From a virus (taxonomy: Duplodnaviria > Caudoviricetes), in IMG/VR virus record IMGVR_UViG_3300031772_000164, positions 1 through 32,976 of that record: a stretch of 32,976 nucleotides of DNA, one strand, 5' to 3'. Below, in pieces: positions 17,501 through 26,600 of this stretch. The notes under the pieces were generated by a model that saw only the letters and a list, made by a program, of their open reading frames with translations, was not told where the DNA came from and did not search any database. A program made the translations under genes and the position numbers. Each line of letters starts with the position of its first letter. The stretch's first letter is position 1.

Positions 17501-20500
17501 CCTTGAGCCAGTCGTTGAACGCCTTCTCGAAGTGGAGCTCGACGTCATCGGCGCGCTTGCGCTTGAGAGACAGGCGGTTCATGTACTTGAGCCAGTCGGT
17601 ATTGTCTTCGCTGTGACTCAGTACCTCTCCGTCGGGAGCGACGATCTCGAGCGAGTAGATTCCCTCGGCGTAGACCATCCTCGCTCGGGGGTCCTCGGCC
17701 TTCAGGGGCTTCTTCCCAAACACGTCCCGACGCCCCTCGGGACTGTTGAGCCAGCGCGTGAACCAGTCGATCGGAAGCCATCCAAGTACCCGGACCTGGA
17801 TCGGAACGTCGTCGATCGACTTGATCTTGGTCGCCAGTCGGCTCCGGATCAGTTTGATCTGTCGCTCCACCTGGCGGCGCTCATCGCCCTCGGGCATGGC
17901 GTCCATACGAGCGAGCTCGGCGTCGAGCTTCTCGTACAAGTTTCCCGTGAGGTAGTCCTCCATGTGCTGGATCGGCATGGACTCGCCCGTGTGCGCGTAG
18001 TCGCCGCTCCCGAGGAGGATCTGCGAGACCTCCACCACGTCCCTGCCCTCCCATCCCTCCCAGTTGTGCTGGACGTCCTCCATCACGACATAGCCTCGGT
18101 TACGGCGCGCGATGTGCGCGGCGACGCTCATCAGGTCCGCTCGATCGACCTCCGCGGGCTTGAGCGTGATCGCCGCGTCCTTGGCGAGAACGTCCGAGGG
18201 CTCGCCCACGCTGTTGACCGAGGCGAGGAAGTCGAGGAGCTGGGGTGCGCTCTTGGACAGCACGACCAGCGCCCGATGGCTCCCTGGGTTCCCGTTCTCC
18301 TTCACCCACGCCTTGACCGCCATGACCGTGCGAGCTCGGATCGCGCGAGCCTTGTAGAAATCTCCCGCGTCCCGGGCCCGGATCAGCTCGGCGATGTCCT
18401 GGGCGATGTCGTAGGCTTTCTTGATCGCCACGTCGCCGCTTTTCTCGATGATCTGCGACACGTCGTCGATCGACTCCATCAACGTCCACTTGGGTGGCTC
18501 GCCGATGTAAAGGTACCGCTGGCCCGCCATCGTCTGGACGTTCCCGATCACGGGCACGACCTCGAGCTTCGCCAGCGCCCCCTCGGCCCTCACGATCGAC
18601 TCCCGGACGATCTCATGCGCCTTCCCGAGCTCGACCAGGGCCTCGAACGCGACCGGCATCGCCGCCGGGTCCTTGACCTTGGAGTTGATCTTCTGCTCGG
18701 TCAGTCGCTTGATCGCCTCGGGGGCCTTCTTCACCTCGCCGTCGACCGTTGCGCGCCAGCCGGTCTCCTCCGCGCTCACTTCCCTGCCCAGCACGCGGTC
18801 CTGGCGGGTCTCGAAGTAGCCGCCGTCGACGAACCCCTGATCCCATGCCCCGAGGTTCGCGAGCGTCGGACGCAGGCTCTCCTGGCCCATCGCCGCGACC
18901 AGCGCGCCGCCCACTCGCGAGTCCCGCTTCCGCAAGACGATGATGTCCGCGGGGATCTCGCACTGGACGTGCTTGAACGTGTCCTTGGGCAGGCGGAAGG
19001 CGTCGAGCACCTCGCACCTGGCCAGGAGCCGCTCGCGGAACTCTCGGAAGCCCGGTCCCTTGGCGTTCATGATCCCCGGGTGGACCAGCATCACCAGCGT
19101 GCCACCGTCGCGGCAATGGTCGATCGAGGTGTCGATGAAATACTGATCGGCGCTCTTGATCTCCGGCTTGTGCCGGGGGATGTCCCCGGTCCGGACGCAG
19201 TAGGGAGGGTTCGCGATCACGGCGTCGAACGCCGGCGCCGTCCCGCCCATGGTCGCGCGCTCGATCGTGAATAGCTCGAAGCTCTTGGCCTCGACCTTGT
19301 GCTTGTGGCCGTGGAGCACCTCGGCTACGGCTGCGGCCGCGTCGTCGAGCTCGACGCCCGTGACCTTGGTCCCCTTGGGAGCCGTCTGCAAGAACACGCC
19401 CGAGCCGCACGACGGTTCGAGCACGGTCTCGACGCGATCCTGGTAGGCTCCGAGGATCCCCCACATGGCCGCGGCCACGTCGGTGCGGGTGTAGAACTGG
19501 TTGAGGTCCCCGCTGATCCCGCCCTTGCCGGTGTAGCCCGCGACCGCGACCGCCTCCTCGTCGGTCAGGCCCCGGCCCTGCGAACGCGCGGTCTCGACGA
19601 TCTGGATCGCTCGGGCGTTGTCCTTCTTCCGCGTTCCCTTGGTCCGCTCCTCGGCCATGGACGCGGTTACCTCGTCCTTGCGAGGCTCGGCGATCACCAG
19701 CCTGGGCTCGACCTTCGCCTCCGGCTTCTCCTCCTCGTCGCCCGGCTCGGGTCGGCTCTGGACCACCGCCTTGTCCGGGTACCAGTAGACGTAGCTGTTG
19801 CCATGGCGCCGCCGGTAGCCGCCGTGCTTCCCGCGCGGGATGATCTCCCACCCCCCGCCGGGCGGACGGGCCCCGCCGAACAGCCCCATCTGCTGTCCGC
19901 GGGCCTTGAGCACCAGGCGCACGGGCTCGCCCATGATCGCCTTGATCACGTCCGGCAACCACTGGCCATCACTCTTGGTCGCCTCGACCGCGCTCCTGAA
20001 CGCATCGACGTACTTGGCCATCGGGCTGTCCTCTCCCTCCGTCCACTGGGTGAGCCCCTCGCGAGCGTAGATGGCTACCGCCGTCCAGAACGCCCGTTTC
20101 GCGGGGGCCAGCCCAGGCTGGTTTATCCGCGTCGGCTGGCCCGGTCGTGCTCGTAGATAGAGCTTGGCGTCGGAGATTCCCTCGAGGTCTTTCAACGCCT
20201 GATACTGCCGGGGCGTCGGGAGCCAGCCGGGAGAGAGAGGGATTCCGAGAACCCCGGGAGCGTGCGAGCGGCGCTCGTCGAAGATGCGCTCGGTCGACTG
20301 ATGGGGGATCGCCATCTTCTCCTCGACCACCCTTGCCGCCCACTCGACGCCGTTGTCGAACTGCTTCCCGCCCTTCTCCGGACGTTCAGCCTGAATCCGC
20401 GAGGTGTCGATCTCCAGCTTCGGCCCCTGGACGATCGGGTCACGGACGGCCGAGGTCTTCTTCTGCTCTGCCTCGCGCTGTGTCTCGGCTTCTCTCCCCG

Positions 20501-23500
20501 CGTCCCATGCGGACTCGCGCTCGATCTCTGCTGCCACGAGATCAGTCGCCGGGACCTTCTTCTTGTCGATCACCCGGGTGTACCTGCCCGAGGCACCCCC
20601 GTACTCGCTCGACTCTCGGTAGCCCATGAACTGCTGGCGCTTGGGGCTCCAGGACAGATTCAGGATCCGGTCATTGGGGAGATGTACGGTGTAGGCGGGC
20701 GTGATCCCTTCGCGCTCGGGGATCTTCCAGCCTGGGGGGATGCTCAGGGCCTCGCGCACGCCGCGGGCGGTGGTGGGGGCGGTGTCGGCGTCCTTCTCCA
20801 CCTCGTAGAGCTTCGCAGCCGCTTCCCGGATCGGGGCTTCCATCTCCGGCGTGCGCCAGCGGCCGGCGTTGTCGCGAGCCACCTGCTCGGACACGTCCTT
20901 GAGCGCGAACCTCGCCCAGCCGATATCAGCGGTGGCGAGTTTGCCTTCGCGCATGAGCTTGGCGATCACCTCCGTCCGCTTCTCGTCCTTCGATCGAACG
21001 TCCAGCTCGGCCTGGGGAGAGGCTGGCTCGTCTTCCCTTGTGGCTGCCAGGTCGAACGGGCTCGGGACGTCGCCGTGGAGCGCGCGAACCTTCTCACCCG
21101 GGCCCCCGAGCATCGTGAGCTGCTCCAGGTGAACGCCCGGGGCAATCGCAGCGTGAACCGCCGCCTGCTCCTCCCTGGTGATCGCGGTGTAGCGCGGCAG
21201 CTTCTTGTCCTTCCACGGGATGTACTCGTAGAGCTGGGCCCCGGCCTCGACCTTCACGTCCGGCCCCGCGGCCCTCGCCGCCGCGAACGCCGAGGGCTTG
21301 ATCCAGTGGACGATCTGGTAGCCGTACTTGTTGAGGTCCGCGTTCTTGGCGATGGCGACCCACTTGCCTTTTAGCGCGCTGCGCGGGATCGCCGGGTGCA
21401 TCGCGGACGTGGCAGGCTTGCTCTCCGGCATCCGCTCCCATCCTGGCTCGGATAGCCTGTCGATCACCGCCCTCGATCGTTCGTCCCAGTCCTCGAGGTC
21501 GACCATGCCCGACACCGCCTCCAGCAACTTGGGAAGCGATGGGAACGCGGCAGACGTGGATGGGAGTCCCTGACCGCCGGCGATCCCCAGGTGCCACTGG
21601 GACGATCCCTCGGGGCGCTGGATCGTGAACTCGGGAGAGTGCGGTCCCTTCATCTTCAGACCGCCCTCGTAGACCTTCGCCCCCGAGCTCGCGGGCGCGG
21701 CCGGCTCGGTCGCTCGGGACGCCGCCTCTGCGACTAGGGCTTTCTCCTTGGCGATGTCCAGGTCGGCCCGTGTGTGTCGCGTACCGAAGTAGGCGTTCTG
21801 GGCGTCATGATGCGCTTCCAGCGCGGTCATGTGCGCTTGACGGGCCTCTGGCGTGCTGGCCTTCCTGGCTTCAGCCCGGTGCCATTCCTTCCGGTCGTAG
21901 TGGTAACGCGCCTCGGGCCTGTACTCCTGCCGGGTCTCCTCGCTCGAGGGCGCGGGCGCGGGCGCCGGAGCTTCGACGCCCCGGGGACCCCACTCGAGCT
22001 CGCCCTCCGGACGTCTGGCGCTGTTGTCCAGGGTCGCCTGAGAGATCACCTCCTGGGGCTCGGCCGCGAGCGGTTTTGACCTCGGCGCCTGGTCCCCGGG
22101 GTACTGGTACTCCCATCCGCGCGTGCCGCCCTTCCGACGGCGGTAGCCCCCGTGCTTGCCCTTGGGGATGATCTCCCATCCCCCGCCCGAGGGCCTCCAC
22201 CCGCGACCGAACAGGCCAAGCTGCTCGGCCTTGAGCAGGTCCAGCACCAGGCGGGCCTTGTAGATGTCGACGGAATGGGGGTCGAACTCCTTCGCCGTGG
22301 TCGCCTTGATCTGGGTCGGCTTCCATGCAATCCACACCGCGTGAGCCGACGTTCCCATGTTCCAGCCGCCCGTGTGCCGGATCCCGTCGTGCCCCTCGGA
22401 CTCGCCCCAGTCGCGGAACGCCTGCTGGGCCTCGCGGCTGCGAAACCCGTTGGTGATGATGTAGTAGACGTCGCCCCAGGTGAGCTTGTCGGGCGGCGCC
22501 TGGCGCAGGGCCTTGTTCTCGGTGTGGTCAACCCACGCGGCCGTCCACTCCTGCTTGGCCGCGAGGAGCGCCTTGCGCGTGACCTTGACGTGGGTGTTGT
22601 ACGACCCGTGCTTGTCCTCGGCCGTGCCGCCGCCCTCGACTGTGTGCTCGCTGCCCAGGCCGTAGGACGAGAGCAGCCTGTCGGCGTAGGCGGCGCCACC
22701 GAACGCGCGGCCCAGGGACGCGATCTGGGCGTCGGATGGCTCGGCGTCCATGTCGAGCGGCTTGCGGATGTTCAGGTAGACCTCGAACACCTGGGGCTCG
22801 GGGATGCTTGGCTTGACTCCAGTCGCGCGTGCGATCCGGTCGATCATCCACGAGGCGTGCATTTGCTCGTCGACCGCCGCGCGAACGTTGGGCGGTTCGA
22901 GAGCTCCGATGGACTCCGCAGCCTGCGAAGCGATGAGCTCGGCCGCGCGCATGTCCGACGGCTTCCACCACTCGGCGAGAAACCGTTCGATGTTGACCCG
23001 TCCATCCTTCTCCCGCGCGGCTGCCAGTGCCCAGAGGGTCTGTCCGTCGTAGACCGTGAACGCCGTTCGATAGGGGTCCTGGACCTTGGCCTTCGCCGCC
23101 TCCATCACGTCCGCGAGGATCGCCTGGGCCTGCTCAGGGGAAAAGTGGGTGATGGTTTTCCCCCGGTCCTCGAACTCCTTCGCCGCCGCCGATCGAGTGC
23201 TCGAGTCCTTCTTCGCGTAGGTCGCGGCGATCTGCATGTCGGCGGTGAAGTAGAAGCCCCGGCCGTAGAGGTTGGCGCCCTTGTCGTGTGCGGGGTCGAA
23301 CGAGGAGAACCCCCCAATCGTCGTGCCGTGGTAGACCGGAACCGGCTTCTCTCCCCACTGCTCCTCGGGCGTGCCGTCGGCCCGGACCACGCGCGACCCC
23401 TGGCGGCGCTCCCAGTCACCGAACCAGGACTTGAACGCCTGGGACTTCCGAACGTCCTCCTCGGGGATCCTCTCGGCATGGTGCGCGGCCGCGGCCTTCT

Positions 23501-23618
23501 CAGGGTACCAGTATTCCCACCGATGGCCCTTGCGCCGCCGGTAGCCCCCATGCTTGCCGCCGGGGATGATCTGCCATCCAGCCCCGGGGGGTCGGGTGGA
23601 CTTCGAGAGATCGATCAT
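14514..23618 (-). CDS. DarB-like polyvalent protein (3034 aa): ADP-ribosyltransferase-like domain, N6-adenine DNA methyltransferase, SNF2/SF2 helicase
   Basis: GGAG RBS. FKSWFGD...VYHGT...GRGFYFT...VYLNIRKP...GHDGI...QIK (ART of polyvalent proteins). LEPSCGSGVF and IANPPY (MTase motifs I and IV). DVGLGKT, DEAH, TATP, GEGVNLQ, QRNGRGVRQGN (helicase motifs). MTase plus helicase is the P1 DarB architecture. Confidence 0.9.
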   Translation of the reverse strand: MIDLSKSTRPPGAGWQIIPGGKHGGYRRRKGHRWEYWYPEKAAAAHHAERIPEEDVRKSQAFKSWFGDWERRQGSRVVRADGTPEEQWGEKPVPVYHGTTIGGFSSFDPAHDKGANLYGRGFYFTADMQIAATYAKKDSSTRSAAAKEFEDRGKTITHFSPEQAQAILADVMEAAKAKVQDPYRTAFTVYDGQTLWALAAAREKDGRVNIERFLAEWWKPSDMRAAELIASQAAESIGALEPPNVRAAVDEQMHASWMIDRIARATGVKPSIPEPQVFEVYLNIRKPLDMDAEPSDAQIASLGRAFGGAAYADRLLSSYGLGSEHTVEGGGTAEDKHGSYNTHVKVTRKALLAAKQEWTAAWVDHTENKALRQAPPDKLTWGDVYYIITNGFRSREAQQAFRDWGESEGHDGIRHTGGWNMGTSAHAVWIAWKPTQIKATTAKEFDPHSVDIYKARLVLDLLKAEQLGLFGRGWRPSGGGWEIIPKGKHGGYRRRKGGTRGWEYQYPGDQAPRSKPLAAEPQEVISQATLDNSARRPEGELEWGPRGVEAPAPAPAPSSEETRQEYRPEARYHYDRKEWHRAEARKASTPEARQAHMTALEAHHDAQNAYFGTRHTRADLDIAKEKALVAEAASRATEPAAPASSGAKVYEGGLKMKGPHSPEFTIQRPEGSSQWHLGIAGGQGLPSTSAAFPSLPKLLEAVSGMVDLEDWDERSRAVIDRLSEPGWERMPESKPATSAMHPAIPRSALKGKWVAIAKNADLNKYGYQIVHWIKPSAFAAARAAGPDVKVEAGAQLYEYIPWKDKKLPRYTAITREEQAAVHAAIAPGVHLEQLTMLGGPGEKVRALHGDVPSPFDLAATREDEPASPQAELDVRSKDEKRTEVIAKLMREGKLATADIGWARFALKDVSEQVARDNAGRWRTPEMEAPIREAAAKLYEVEKDADTAPTTARGVREALSIPPGWKIPEREGITPAYTVHLPNDRILNLSWSPKRQQFMGYRESSEYGGASGRYTRVIDKKKVPATDLVAAEIERESAWDAGREAETQREAEQKKTSAVRDPIVQGPKLEIDTSRIQAERPEKGGKQFDNGVEWAARVVEEKMAIPHQSTERIFDERRSHAPGVLGIPLSPGWLPTPRQYQALKDLEGISDAKLYLRARPGQPTRINQPGLAPAKRAFWTAVAIYAREGLTQWTEGEDSPMAKYVDAFRSAVEATKSDGQWLPDVIKAIMGEPVRLVLKARGQQMGLFGGARPPGGGWEIIPRGKHGGYRRRHGNSYVYWYPDKAVVQSRPEPGDEEEKPEAKVEPRLVIAEPRKDEVTASMAEERTKGTRKKDNARAIQIVETARSQGRGLTDEEAVAVAGYTGKGGISGDLNQFYTRTDVAAAMWGILGAYQDRVETVLEPSCGSGVFLQTAPKGTKVTGVELDDAAAAVAEVLHGHKHKVEAKSFELFTIERATMGGTAPAFDAVIANPPYCVRTGDIPRHKPEIKSADQYFIDTSIDHCRDGGTLVMLVHPGIMNAKGPGFREFRERLLARCEVLDAFRLPKDTFKHVQCEIPADIIVLRKRDSRVGGALVAAMGQESLRPTLANLGAWDQGFVDGGYFETRQDRVLGREVSAEETGWRATVDGEVKKAPEAIKRLTEQKINSKVKDPAAMPVAFEALVELGKAHEIVRESIVRAEGALAKLEVVPVIGNVQTMAGQRYLYIGEPPKWTLMESIDDVSQIIEKSGDVAIKKAYDIAQDIAELIRARDAGDFYKARAIRARTVMAVKAWVKENGNPGSHRALVVLSKSAPQLLDFLASVNSVGEPSDVLAKDAAITLKPAEVDRADLMSVAAHIARRNRGYVVMEDVQHNWEGWEGRDVVEVSQILLGSGDYAHTGESMPIQHMEDYLTGNLYEKLDAELARMDAMPEGDERRQVERQIKLIRSRLATKIKSIDDVPIQVRVLGWLPIDWFTRWLNSPEGRRDVFGKKPLKAEDPRARMVYAEGIYSLEIVAPDGEVLSHSEDNTDWLKYMNRLSLKRKRADDVELHFEKAFNDWLKAGELRQPLEELYNRTFNGDFRREYSGDPLPIEGLRPGVVPHDFQNQAVRWAAETGRGILGQDVGLGKTFIAILLARLRKQQGLARRPMVVVPKSVATNWAEEIETLIPGSRVLVIGEHRVQSRAAKKKATTEATAQGLTGEALDKYVEANSWSAVSDNDIERNTKLAAMKQNEYDLIICTKPAFERIPLKAETTEKFEKEDFWYQRAGRIDKIVTGSKQQETADKRIEKLKAAWASDKLQAKFKHEMALVYWEDLGVDTLIADEAHAYKNLYSARSRFGAQPKFLGGSGQSKQARKMQHMARVVRDQSPTNGVYLMTATPTKNSPLEVFNMLQHIAPEAFHAMGIENSEQFIDRFCKMETRLILVPPGKKHDEKRNEEDESEDDPDYKEEFEGAGNLEAATCVTGFTNLRELEGVMDKYMMLQTATDVGLKIPDAKEHTHLVEMTPEQKAIYATLRAEAASTDKREDPGGMFRMLDQMKKAAQDLGLYDPEAYSEWYRRSPKYKACVDEAYIGATERGGQIIFCDHNASHERLRTMLIEKGLAPEQIGIINAQVAPDSEARQRIGDAFNRGQIKVVIGNTGTMGEGVNLQGKKTPKGTTDIHHLDQPWDPGTMHQRNGRGVRQGNKAEQVDIHTYLATGSFDGFRHSTLKGKERWLDKLRSGADSITAGMEGQDVDEVEMLAMLSDNPDEALAKIKERRDSAESAWYAKASQESVDTFYSYQRKVGRLAKMKPGDTRDRLAEDTARINRQLLRNEILPLEIKAVLNAGETQPVAVNTFMTGEGDARRLAARVFRAGMVVEEPRGYGEPGKLVITKINLDERKVEVRTWGHALEHTVQIDQLGKVGYTASKYLAVDELREALVNNIKVAYTTPIEAIGHIGQEVLAANKDMIDEHVRAWYDLHGEDHEIMVRKPEGIVVVPAEKVGNAEIVYPWGKDRAALVEAIVQGNPGPEWRTYTNPLLKTASKEYGYSSYRPTLFTQLAADAESTWKERHAA
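19773..19916 (-). repeat. Shared peptide module copy 4 (with QMGLF)
   Basis: LVLKARGQQMGLFGGARPPGGGWEIIPRGKHGGYRRRHGNSYVYWYPD. Confidence 0.92.
22092..22240 (-). repeat. Shared peptide module copy 3 (with QLGLF)
   Basis: LLKAEQLGLFGRGWRPSGGGWEIIPKGKHGGYRRRKGGTRGWEYQYPGD. Confidence 0.92.
23499..23609 (-). repeat. Shared peptide module copy 2
   Basis: LSKSTRPPGAGWQIIPGGKHGGYRRRKGHRWEYWYPE at the extreme N-terminus of the 3034-aa protein. Confidence 0.92.
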
Positions 23619-23641
23619 GCTGCGCTCCAGGTCTTTGATGG

Positions 23642-26600
23642 CTACCGCCGGACTACAAACCGTAGAGACTTTCCGATCCCTCGGTCGAACAGGCTGCCCT
23701 GGGCACCCCGGGACTCACCCGCCAGGCCGAACAGGCTCGTCTGCTCGGCCGGCGCCTGTCGTACCTCCCGACGAGGAGCGGCCGCGGCCTGGCGATCGGG
23801 CGCGACCTTGGCGTCGGCGTAGCGTAGAACCTTCCGCGCCTCGAGCTTGCCGTGCTCCTCGACCAGGCGGGAGAGGTAGGTCGACGCCTGGGGGGTGATC
23901 CCCAGCGCCCCGATCGCCTTCGCGTGCTCGACCACCTGCTGATCGGTGAGCTCGCGCGGCGGGGGTTCTCCCGGGGGGGCCTCGAAAAGCTGCTGTTGCC
24001 GGAGCTCCCACTCCCGGGCGGCGTCGCCGGCGCGCTTGCCCACCGCTCGCGCCTGCTCCTGCAAGTGGCTGATCTCCTCGATCGAGCGCGAGCCGGAGAT
24101 CTTCTTCTTCAGGCGATCGATCTCCGGCCGGTAGTCGACCTTCACCCGGAGCTCGGGGGTGGCGGTGGCGCCCAGCGATGCGAGCACGCGCCCGACGATC
24201 ACGTTCGCGCGGTTGACCTCGTTGAGATCCTCGACCGCCTGGGCCTCCTCGGCAGCCTCGCCCTTGTTCACCTCGGGCACGGTCTGCTGCTCGTCGAGGG
24301 TCTTCTGTGCGCCGTAGAACCCGCGATCGTGGTACCAGTAGACCAGTCCCCGGGCGGTCATCTTCCGGAACCCACCCTTTTTGCCGCCCGGGATCGGGCC
24401 CCATCCCGCGCCGGGGGGGCGGTTCTGGCGGGCCTTGATCAGGTCGCCGAGCTCGACGCCCTTGTTGATCTCGCCCGCGACCATCGCGACCATCACCTGG
24501 ACGAGTCCCCGGATTGCCGCCTCGGTCACCGCCGAGAGACCTCCCGCCAGCGCCGTGTCGTTCCGGGCCGTGTCCTGGGCGTCCTCCATAACCTGCTGGA
24601 CGATCCGGTCGACGGCGACCCTGGGACGTCGGCCGTTGGTCGTCGCCCGGTGGATGTCCGCCTCGACCAGCCAGCGGATGAGATGGATCGCCCGGTTGAG
24701 CAGAGCATTCGGTCCCGTGGCCTTGACCAGCGTCGGGAGCGAACGGTCGCTCGCGGCTAGTCTTTTCTTTTGGCCGAAAATTTCGCCGGCGGAAGGAGGA
24801 GGCAGGGACGGCTTTCCGGATCCGAACGCCTCGGCGATGGTCAGCGGAGCCTCGAACAGCCCGCCCTCCTCGGCCTGGAGGTCAGCGAGCCGCTTGCGCT
24901 CGGCGTCCGCCTCCTTGAGCTTCCGTTTCTCCTCCTTCGCCGTGGCTTCGCGCTCGCGCTTCGCCCTCGCCGCCTCGGGCGTGACCCCGAACTCGATGTC
25001 CAGCGCCTCTGCCGGCGTCATCGGGGGTCTCGCCAAGCCGACCAGCGTGCCGATCGCTCCCTCGCGCCCTCTACCGAAAGCGTGATCCTCGTGGTCCTGG
25101 GTCGCGCGCAGGGCGAAGCCTCGGAACGCCCGGGGCATCTTGTCGGTGCCGACCTTCTCCCGCACGATGTGCAGCAACATCTTCGCCACGGGGTCCGCGT
25201 GGATCCGCCCGGCCAGATCGAGCCCCCCGGCCTTGAGCTCGGTCTGCTCGAGGAACTCGGCCAGCGCGACCTTGGCGGGCTTCTCCGAGGTGTCCCGGAT
25301 GTGCAGATCGGCCTCGACCGCCAGGCGCAACGACGTCGCGATCGGCCAGCCCTTGCCTTCGGCGACCAGCAGCGAGGGGGTCGAGACCGCGAGCGACTCT
25401 CGCAGGGTCGGGTTCATCTTCTCGAGGATGTCCGCGTTGGGGATCAGCCTCGCGGCCATGACGCGCTCTACCCTGCGACGGCCGTCCTCGCTGAGTAGCT
25501 TGCCCTTGCCACCGTCCGCGATGTACTTCGCCTGATTGAGCTCGTCGACGATCCCCGCCTGGCGCAGGCTGACCACGAAGTCCGCCGACGCTGCGCTGTA
25601 GAGGAAGTCCGCGAGGGTCTGCTCGGGCTCGATCGACGCGACGAGGGTGTCGGTGACGTGGGAGGTCACAAACTGCGCGACCGCCACCTCCTCGGACCGA
25701 GGATCGAGATCGTGGGTCAGGGACTCGTTCATGCGTCGACCGAGGAGCTTGAGCCTGGCGTTCCCGGGGCCCGGATCCTTGACCCTCATCCTCCGGGCGA
25801 TCATCGGCTGTTCCATCGCGCGCACGTCCGCGGAGGTCACGCCGTACTTCCTGGCGTTGGCGATCAGGTACTCGCGCAGCTTCTTCGCGCTCTCGGGGTA
25901 CTCGCGGTAGGCCACCTGAACGGCCATCGTCCGCTTGTTCCCGCCGAGGACCACCCGATCCTGGGTCATGATCGGAGGGCCGTTCACGGCGTCGGGGTTG
26001 GTATTGACCAGCATCGCGGGATCGATGTCGCGAGCGATCTTGTAGACGCCGTTGCGGTCGGACTCGATCGCGTGGTAGCGGCGCTCCTGGACGTTCTCCG
26101 GGTAGTCCGATCGGATCGGGAACGAGCCGAGGCTGTCGGGCTTGTGCGAGGGGATCATGTCGCGGACGTCGATCAGAACGAACTCCGCGTCCACGGTATC
26201 GATCCCCTTGCCGGTCGCTGCCCGGAGCTTGACCGGGTACCGCTCACCCACCACCTCCCGTTGCTTCCCGGTCTCGCGCTTGCGCTTGCTGAGAAGGGTG
26301 AAGCCGTTGGGCTGCTTCATCACCGCCCACTCGCGATCACCCCCCGCTGCCGCCGCCTGGGCCTCGATCGTCGCGACGTCGGGCGCGAACCCTTCGATGT
26401 TGTCGTACTCGCCGCGCGCCAGGTCCGTCATCGTGATCCGGGGCAGCGCCGGCGCGGCCGTGCCTTCCTTCTTCGCAGCCTCGACCGTTTTCTGCCGGTG
26501 GTAGCTCTGGACCATCCGATGGAGGTCGCGCTCGTGGATGTGCGCCTCACGCCCGCTCTCATCGTGGCGGACTCGCACGATCCCCTTCTTGCGATCGTGG

